In this document: positions 31,301 to 38,300 of the stretch, in pieces
Numbering within the stretch: position 1 is the stretch's first letter
Layout: every line of letters starts with the position of its first letter
Origin: a virus
Virus record (IMG/VR): IMGVR_UViG_3300033802_000463
Span: 32,001-96,000 of that record
Direction: 5' to 3' (one strand)
Length of the DNA stretch: 64,000 nucleotides
Translations under genes and position numbers: made by a program
Notes under the pieces: model-generated
What the model saw: only the letters and a program-made list of their open reading frames with translations
Databases searched by the model: none
Told to the model about the DNA's origin: nothing

Positions 31301-34300
31301 AAAATGTCAATATTTGTCCGGAGATTTCCATCCGCGTCGATGAATTTTTCATCCCAATAAATCTCGTCTCCTCGGTAAATTTTGTAGTTCTTCATCTTGA
31401 AGCGATTGACGAGATCCCTGTTCATCAGCGCTTGCTGCTCATAAACATTGGGATAGCGGACCGGATTGATATTGCCGCTGACATCAATAATGCCTTCGGA
31501 TCGAAGAATGCGGCGTCCTTCTTCTGTTTCCATCATTCGCTGAATGGCCTCATCGACTTGAGCCTGACTCATGAGAGCCGTTTTAACATGCACTTCCCTC
31601 TTATACGGAAGCACTTGATCCAGTCGATCTTGTAATTTGGTTTTCACCATTGGCTCGGTACTGATCCAGGCTGACGACTCGTTCAGTATATTTTCGAGAT
31701 CACGATCGATCGCATAAGAGTTCATAATCTGAACGGCATTATCCCGGCCCATATTGGTGAAATGACCATATGGGATCAAATCCCGGGCATCCATTCGGCT
31801 GGCACCGCCATCAATTACCACATCACTTTTGACTGCAGAATAAAACAGATTACCGATGCCGTTTGCTTTCGCCCACTGAGGCAGATCTTTACGAATCATG
31901 AACCGCGCTTCATCGCTTAAATCTTCGAGTGACACGAATGGATGAAGTTTCTTTTTATCCGCATTCAAAATAACCTCTTTGTTATAGAAGTCATCATCGG
32001 AAATAAGGCCGCGTTCATAGTAATCTTGAATCATTGCGGAGTGGGCATATACACGAGATTGCTTGGCCAAATCGGATTCGTTGCGCCGCACTTTCAAGTC
32101 ATCATCCAAGTCCCGCTTCACTCCAGACAAGACGGTAACTTGATTGCGAACCAATCGCCTGGCCAGTTTATTTGCTTCTTCAAATTCTCCTTTTTGAATC
32201 GCCTCAACCATATTTCGATAATTCCATTGGTCGTTTTCAGCCATGAGTTTGGGATCTGTCAGCATCATCGCCAATTTCTCGACCGAAGAAATCTGACGAT
32301 TCTCTCTATTGATGCGAATCACATCAGTTACCGCATTAAGATGCTGGTTTCCATACACAAGCGTTCCTTGCCGGCTGACAAGCGGCACGACCATTTCAAA
32401 CGCTTTCGGATGGGCCTCGTTTGATCCTGAAATCAGATGACGCATGACACTCATGCTGTCCTCTTTGTTGAACATGGTAATGATAGCTTGCGTCCCTTCC
32501 CTGTTCATGGAAAGAACCGTCTGCATGCCTGGATTGATTTGGTTCAGATGACTGATGATTTGCTCCACGGCTTTACGGTTATTTGGATTCAATCCTGTAA
32601 TCGGATGTCTGCGATCCAACTGATTGAAGATTTCCCCGATGTCGCCTTGAGACAAATCGGGCCTTACAACAAATCCATTATCAATCAAATATCCTTGCAT
32701 GCCGCGCGCTTGCCCAATCACCGACTGAATCATTTGATGACCGGCTTGTTTGGATATTCGCTCTACGGATTCTCGCTTGCGAAGCGACTGTTCCGTGATG
32801 TTTTGCATCATCAAACGCTGATTTTCCATGAGATCAAGCGCCAGGATTTGAATGGATTGCGGGATGGTCAGATTTCGCCCATGATAATCCCGGATGAGAT
32901 TTTGCATGTATTCGTCTTCGATGATGCCTGAATCGTTTAGCGAAGCAAGCAAGGTCTTGAACCGTTCTTCCCGTACCACCAATTTTTCGGACTCGGACAA
33001 ATCAGCAGTATCGCTATTTACATATGAGCTTAATTGATTGATAGTATAATTCACATTTTGCAAGGTTACATTTCTACTCTTCCCTGTGATGCGGTCGCGG
33101 AATGTAAAACCGCGCTGCTCATAAGGAAGCGGTTCCCGAATCTCTTTATGATCTCCCGCAATTTCTTTTACTTGCTCGTGAAACAAAGCCCAGGCAACAC
33201 TCTTTTTCTGCTCATCCAATCCGCTTTTGTCGATGGCGTCGATTGCACTTTGATACAGCTGCCGTTCTGACATCAATCTTGGCAGCATGCGCCAAAATGC
33301 TCTTTCCTCTGCTTCGTTGTATACCCATGTTTTTGATACCGAATCCCAAAGCGAGTTAAAGTCCATCAGCTCTCTCATTTCGTCCTTGTTGATCCGTTTC
33401 TTGAGCAACCTGCCAATAATTTTTTCACGGGCCTGCTCATATTTCTCTGGAGTCCAATGACGGATAAATTGTCCGTTCTTGATTGTCAGCTCGTCAAGAC
33501 GCCGGGAGGCTTCAGCCTCAATGGCGCTCCACCGGCCGGCAGCAAATTTTTCATAGACCGCTGCATTTGCATACATGCGTCGAGCAGCCCGAAATCCTTT
33601 GGTCGCACTGTCATCCAAACTAAACAAGTTCTCATAGCGGCGACGTGCCAAATCGGATTCTCGACGATACTCAATCATTTTCCGCATTTTCTTGCTCAGG
33701 TTACTCACAGGCATGAAACTTCGGTGATAGAAATCCGCGATTTCATATGCTGCATTTTCGCCTTCACGCACCACAAAAGAACGAAGCGTTGGATTATCCG
33801 CGTTGACAAACTCGATGGCCCATCTTGGAATCCCGCCGGACGATAGGTCACGAATGCCGGCTACGCGATAAAACGATTCCGCGTTGATGACATTCTGATT
33901 AAATCCCGGTCGGAAGATTCGATATGTCCCATCTTCGGCCAACTCCGCCATGTAATCCAAATGACTGCCTTTATAGTTGCTGACTGCCCGGGTGGCAAAC
34001 AACAGATCATTTGTCGTTAGCGGTTGATTGGAGTACATCAAGTAAGGAAACCGTTGTCCTAATTTTCTCGCCTTGTACCGCTCGTTCACTTCCATGTGCG
34101 GCAGCATGCGGTCAAAATATTCCCAGGTATTTGCCACGACACCGCCAACCCCATGCATGCCTGTATCCGCTGAAGCCGCGTGTGCATCTCCCGTATCCAA
34201 TCCGAGCGTTCTGCGCCACTCTTGCAGCGTCCATGGACCTTCGACAAATGGCATGTCTTTTGTCCGGCCATAGATATCATGCAAATCTATAGGATTGCGG

Positions 34301-35298
34301 ATGATGGATTGCATGACAGCTTGATAATCCATATGATATTTTGGACCTTGAATCTTGAGACCAACACGATCCGCCCATCGCTGCAGCGTCGGCAAGTCAA
34401 AACGATCACCGTTCATGGTGACAAAATAACTGTTGCGATGCCTGGAAAGAAATTCATTGTATTCATTAATGACTTCTTCATATCCAGCGCCATTCGCAAT
34501 CAAGTTTTGCAGACCGCTGCGCATATGGCGAACAAACCGGTTTACATCTTGACTCAGAACGATTTGCTGAATTTCCTTGCCATGCAACACGCTGTGAATC
34601 AAGCTGTTGTGTCTGACCTCTTTTCCAAAGGATGCGGCCGTATATCCCTCCTCCGCGATCGAGGAATAACGAATCAAGTCCACCAGCGTTCGCTGTTGGC
34701 TAGGATTCAACTCATGAAAACGGCCGGTACGATACATGTAAATCAGATGATTCAATTCCCGCTGCATGATTTCATCCGGCCTAATCAATCGATTAAAACG
34801 AAGCCGTTTTGATTCTCCAATAACTTTGCCGCTTCGCATATTGATGGCATTTGCGGATATTTCTGACACAAAAAATTTATCGGATGCCGTATCTCCAAGT
34901 GTTTCAATATCCAATCCAAAGAATCGTGCATTTTTTAGCGTTCTTGTTCGCTCTGCAAAATGACGAAAAGTTTCGATATGACGTTGTGCATCGAATCGAT
35001 AATCACTGTAAGGATCAGCATTGCTTACAGGATTCAAAAAACTCCAAATGGTGGTGCCGCCCATATTAATGACGCCATTCTTCAGCGGCAGCGCAGGTAT
35101 TTTATTGATCGCATCGTTCAATTCAACAAGTGAAGGATTAATCTCATTGCTTCGTGTTGTCTTTGGTTTGTTAAACGAACCGTAAGCGGAGAGCACCACC
35201 CGTTTATGGCGATCGGCCGGCACATATTGCAAGCCGGCCTCGATCCCTTTGTTCACATTCTGAAATAACCTGTCATAATTCGTTTCATTTGTCGCCAT
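28321..35298 (-). CDS. Giant protein with N-terminal DEDDh exonuclease and fused beta/beta'-like two-barrel RNA polymerase motifs (putative virion RNA polymerase)
   Basis: Exonuclease motifs LDIET, NGDRFD, HAASAD. RNAP-like motifs NVYEQQALMN, KFTFDIEK, GVKYGFRE, IADIYRR, LQRSVN, RYPT, ADSDGD. Start at MATNET after GGAGGTG. Confidence 0.72.
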   Translation of the reverse strand: MATNETNYDRLFQNVNKGIEAGLQYVPADRHKRVVLSAYGSFNKPKTTRSNEINPSLVELNDAINKIPALPLKNGVINMGGTTIWSFLNPVSNADPYSDYRFDAQRHIETFRHFAERTRTLKNARFFGLDIETLGDTASDKFFVSEISANAINMRSGKVIGESKRLRFNRLIRPDEIMQRELNHLIYMYRTGRFHELNPSQQRTLVDLIRYSSIAEEGYTAASFGKEVRHNSLIHSVLHGKEIQQIVLSQDVNRFVRHMRSGLQNLIANGAGYEEVINEYNEFLSRHRNSYFVTMNGDRFDLPTLQRWADRVGLKIQGPKYHMDYQAVMQSIIRNPIDLHDIYGRTKDMPFVEGPWTLQEWRRTLGLDTGDAHAASADTGMHGVGGVVANTWEYFDRMLPHMEVNERYKARKLGQRFPYLMYSNQPLTTNDLLFATRAVSNYKGSHLDYMAELAEDGTYRIFRPGFNQNVINAESFYRVAGIRDLSSGGIPRWAIEFVNADNPTLRSFVVREGENAAYEIADFYHRSFMPVSNLSKKMRKMIEYRRESDLARRRYENLFSLDDSATKGFRAARRMYANAAVYEKFAAGRWSAIEAEASRRLDELTIKNGQFIRHWTPEKYEQAREKIIGRLLKKRINKDEMRELMDFNSLWDSVSKTWVYNEAEERAFWRMLPRLMSERQLYQSAIDAIDKSGLDEQKKSVAWALFHEQVKEIAGDHKEIREPLPYEQRGFTFRDRITGKSRNVTLQNVNYTINQLSSYVNSDTADLSESEKLVVREERFKTLLASLNDSGIIEDEYMQNLIRDYHGRNLTIPQSIQILALDLMENQRLMMQNITEQSLRKRESVERISKQAGHQMIQSVIGQARGMQGYLIDNGFVVRPDLSQGDIGEIFNQLDRRHPITGLNPNNRKAVEQIISHLNQINPGMQTVLSMNREGTQAIITMFNKEDSMSVMRHLISGSNEAHPKAFEMVVPLVSRQGTLVYGNQHLNAVTDVIRINRENRQISSVEKLAMMLTDPKLMAENDQWNYRNMVEAIQKGEFEEANKLARRLVRNQVTVLSGVKRDLDDDLKVRRNESDLAKQSRVYAHSAMIQDYYERGLISDDDFYNKEVILNADKKKLHPFVSLEDLSDEARFMIRKDLPQWAKANGIGNLFYSAVKSDVVIDGGASRMDARDLIPYGHFTNMGRDNAVQIMNSYAIDRDLENILNESSAWISTEPMVKTKLQDRLDQVLPYKREVHVKTALMSQAQVDEAIQRMMETEEGRRILRSEGIIDVSGNINPVRYPNVYEQQALMNRDLVNRFKMKNYKIYRGDEIYWDEKFIDADGNLRTNIDILPGERLGYRIIDGRREDVFYDQRHVGRIASEMSDNAFAIEYKEQANKFTFDIEKTTIGGGQLNGEFGYGQRFLEELTGVEGIGAVYNPDIAKHRDFGGALRAQANKLKYYVDQMSEEDKKRAVAMINRGRVGLKATINADGTVELLDVTKVNKYRSINVENFYKLFEQLGISETSEQGVVWGIQAMRAAQVQTYSTMVDGKRKAILNYDISDDGRMVNIVYNEGEVKGVKYGFRELGMLKQKGYNHTFDYIWNHMKTSARETGRAQEAISMVHALRGLVYGEQAVDPDFEKRTVRLGDLLPLPTTDTNRATIYGTILDDDYLRSLVEDNDYHGYWLELPHAEISGQKTPLTVNVDGRQINRIFVPFMKNEGKGNEIWKREMQQHIADIYRRAAEVGKAGTDIERQRAMERLQRSVNSYVEGLVKHVTASKGQTGESVFKTNMPFSSSGLTKVLPTSISSQLGGEHVFISPDEARALGVYDHIVNGKDFYVVDVRYPTFTDKAVQVARLKVSENVATGQHHVTSLLAKFLAADSDGDYNQLLAIHDEKVQEELEQRYKAEEYARRQRHEAAYQRALANSEEYPSDYIEGFMKKAVDGEKERRFGLRDLAGESGRIEAIAPNQIDEMLAKSGKELVGQASDLNYMMRQIANHYYADNEAARQAIFNLGEGLEQKLTISSKHGTGQVLMARSGASELLEAIRYGNWKEAIDIDKRLFEGRFAKEYDLEMAAGHLQEAMKRMKEDFKNVELRAGTSRGMRLSDHGLTKIVDTIMGKNPDMTGTNQYMGLLQRLLREEAGLDIQYPEPMDITPEYRKVSPLEPGLDSMMAKRLEGPAGTIAEIIEDGTGGMLGPKTYNKVSQSLDAFFNGPNGPRNKKAALIGGLALAGIIGYNTLNDSEPVMPYNSDYQSAEQARAHASMMYGGTPMPAITPIDAGFSGANITISAQGKGSQNFGPMIGQALQQSGYNGKVQMNVNHSDNTAHLSRIWYRDKVEQYS

Positions 35299-35313
35299 GT
35301 TTTGCACCTCCAC

Positions 35314-38300
35314 TTACATCAATGATGCCATGTTGTATCTTAAATAATTGTCGATCTCATCGCTGCGATCTTGCTGGTATTGGATCCCAATCCGTGTTGT
35401 GGATCCGGTATTGGGAGTCACCATGACATTGACATTTTTTAACCCTTGTCCTTCCAACACTTCTTGGATAGTGCGGCGCACTCTTTTGTAGCTGAATCCT
35501 TCGTTCTGATACAGATCATTTCCATAAGGCGTTAGATCTGGCGCCAGACGGGAGGCTTCAACATCATCCGGCCAAAAGTTAAAGTCGGAGAGATCCAGTT
35601 GCTGATTTTGAACCACTTTCAATTTGATGCTCTCCAAGTCAAATTCTGGCCGCCATCCTTCCCAATCTGCATCTGGAAGCACGTACTTTTGGAAGTATTC
35701 TTCAAGCGGCGGAACTTCTTCATCTCCATAGCCCCACAATGCTTTGTATATCCGCCTTTGATTTCTCGGAACAAGTTCCAGAATCCTCTCCCGGTCCCGC
35801 TCCGGCGCATTTACAAATTCGTCGAAAAACCACCGATCTTTCGTTGGAAAGGCGCGGGCAACCTTCATGCGATCGTCATACGGATCGATAGCATATAAGG
35901 TTTCTTCACTTTTCTCCTTATATTGTAACGCTTGACGTACAATATCGGGAAGTATTAATTCATCCCAACGGCTCTCTTGAATTTGAGCAAGCTCCTGATT
36001 GATTTCTCTTCGGCGTTCCTCCCAACCTTTGGGCTGAGTAATATACAGCCGCCGCTTTTCTTGCTCCAACTCATATCGGCGCTGCTTAACTTCAGCTTCT
36101 TTTTGTTCAATGTCTGCGAGTAGTGCTTCAACATCATAACCTTGTGCAGCGGCTTCTCGCTTAGCAGCCTCATACAAGCCAGTATATTTCATATACTTCA
36201 AGATGTCGAAGTATTCATTGATGTCATGCTCGATCCGTCTCCGTTTCGGGATCCATACTTCTCCATCATGAGTATATTCGTAGTGCCTTGCATATGCATG
36301 GCCGAGACCGCCAATCAGTGCTCCAACGATGGCTCCCGCGCTAGTGCGTCTTTTACCGCCTCCGCCCAGCACGGCCATAATCACCCCGCCGATTAAACCG
36401 CCGCGCATCATCGACTCCAGCAGATCGTGACGAAACGCAGCCTGGAAGCTTGGGATCAAGTAGTCACTTGTCAGGAAGTTGCGCCAAGTTGCCCAATCCT
36501 TTCCGTAAATCTGGTCTCGCTCGTATTCTTCAAGCGCTGTGCGCACTTGCAGAAATTTGGTATTTAGCGCCGATTCAAAATGCGCGATGGATTCCCATCT
36601 TGCTCCTTCAGCGATCTCATCAGTTGTAAAGCGCGCGTGAACCGCCGGCGCCGAGAAATCCGTCAGATTCTCTTTCATCAGGCCGCGGCGCAGGATTTCC
36701 TGGTTGATGTTTTTCAAGCCATCAAAGACAACGGCGCGCATCGTCTGATACGTATCATCTGATATTCGCCGGCTTTGATCCGCATCAACACCGATTGTGA
36801 TTTTATCCCCTACACTGATATAAGATTGCAAAACACCTTCCGCATTCGGCCGATAATCTACGCCGGCAAGCCGAATTGGCGTATCCCCAAATTCCTTCGT
36901 GAGAAACGTGTAATCATCCAGGAACTTGGTCACAGTTACTTGATATTTTTCAATATCTGCATATTTGAATCGGTAATCCACAAATTCATATTTTTGTTTT
37001 CGCCTCGCAACTTGCCGTTTAATCTCGGCGATTTGTTTACGAAGTTCCGGATCCGTAACGTTGGCCACCACATAATCGCGCCAAAATTTATATTCATCAC
37101 TCCATGGCGCCACATCAGCCAGAATTTTGAACTTGTCGAATGCACCGTAACGTCCGGTTTCATCCGGATGCAGCGTATTCAGTTTTTCATATGCTTCACC
37201 GGGCAAGCGATATTCTCCATGCTCAATTTTCGTGTAGGGATCGCCTACCTGGAAATTGATAAAGTAATTTGCTCCGGGGAGCCAATCTGGCATTGTGTTG
37301 CGAACCGGATTATAAGTATCCAGCTGCCCGTCATCGCGTCGAATGAAACGCCGGCCAATTTCGGAGACTGGTCCTCCGAGCGAACCAAGATTCATTCCCC
37401 AAAAACGGTTTGACAGGTTATTGGCTGCATCCGCTTTTTGGATGACCATTTCGCCTGCATAGGTGTTGTCTCCGACGACCTCCTCAAACATCCACTTGTA
37501 AACCCCAAGCGGTTCTGTCCAGTTTTGCGCAGTTTCTTGGATTCGCCAATTGAGACTTGTCGGATCATTCAATTCGCGCAGTTTTCGATTACGCACTTCG
37601 TTTTTGTACGCAAACTCCTCGGTTCTAAGTGCGCGCGGACTTGTATCCAATATGGGCTCGATTGGAGCAGCCATTGCAAACAGCTGATCAATGGAATAGT
37701 CTTCTTTTGCAATGCTGGACGGCACATAGATTGCTTGTCCGCTGGCGATTTCTTGCGCCACATAGGCACCTGTCGGATTTCCTTGGTCGTCTAATTCATT
37801 GGCGACAAAATATCGGATACCTTGCTCTTGACCGATTGTTTCCTCAGCTCCAGTCAAACCCGCAGCATAAGAGGATCCGTAATCGGTTGGTCCCGCATAA
37901 ACGATATGTTCAATTCGGCCGGCTGGAGATATGCGAGTCACAACCGGTGCCGTCGGTCGATCACCAAGTTCCTGATTTTCAGCATCAACCAAGACGGGAT
38001 CGCCCCAATACTCCGGATGCATATAGCGCGATGGCTTGATCAGCTGTCCGATCGTCGCATTCCCAATATCACCAAAAAACATCGTGTTCGGGTTAAACAG
38101 AGAACCGGTAATCAAGTAAGGGCGATCATAGTAGTGTTTTTGTTCCCAGTAATATTCATTTCCGTTCAGGACTCGTTTGAAGATCCCAAGCGGGTTTTCA
38201 AAGGTCGGCAAAATGTTCATTTCACCGTACCGTTCTTCGCCCGTCAGGTTTGTATTGGAATGTTCCCAATCACTCATCGCCAAACGCCATGCATTCGGTC

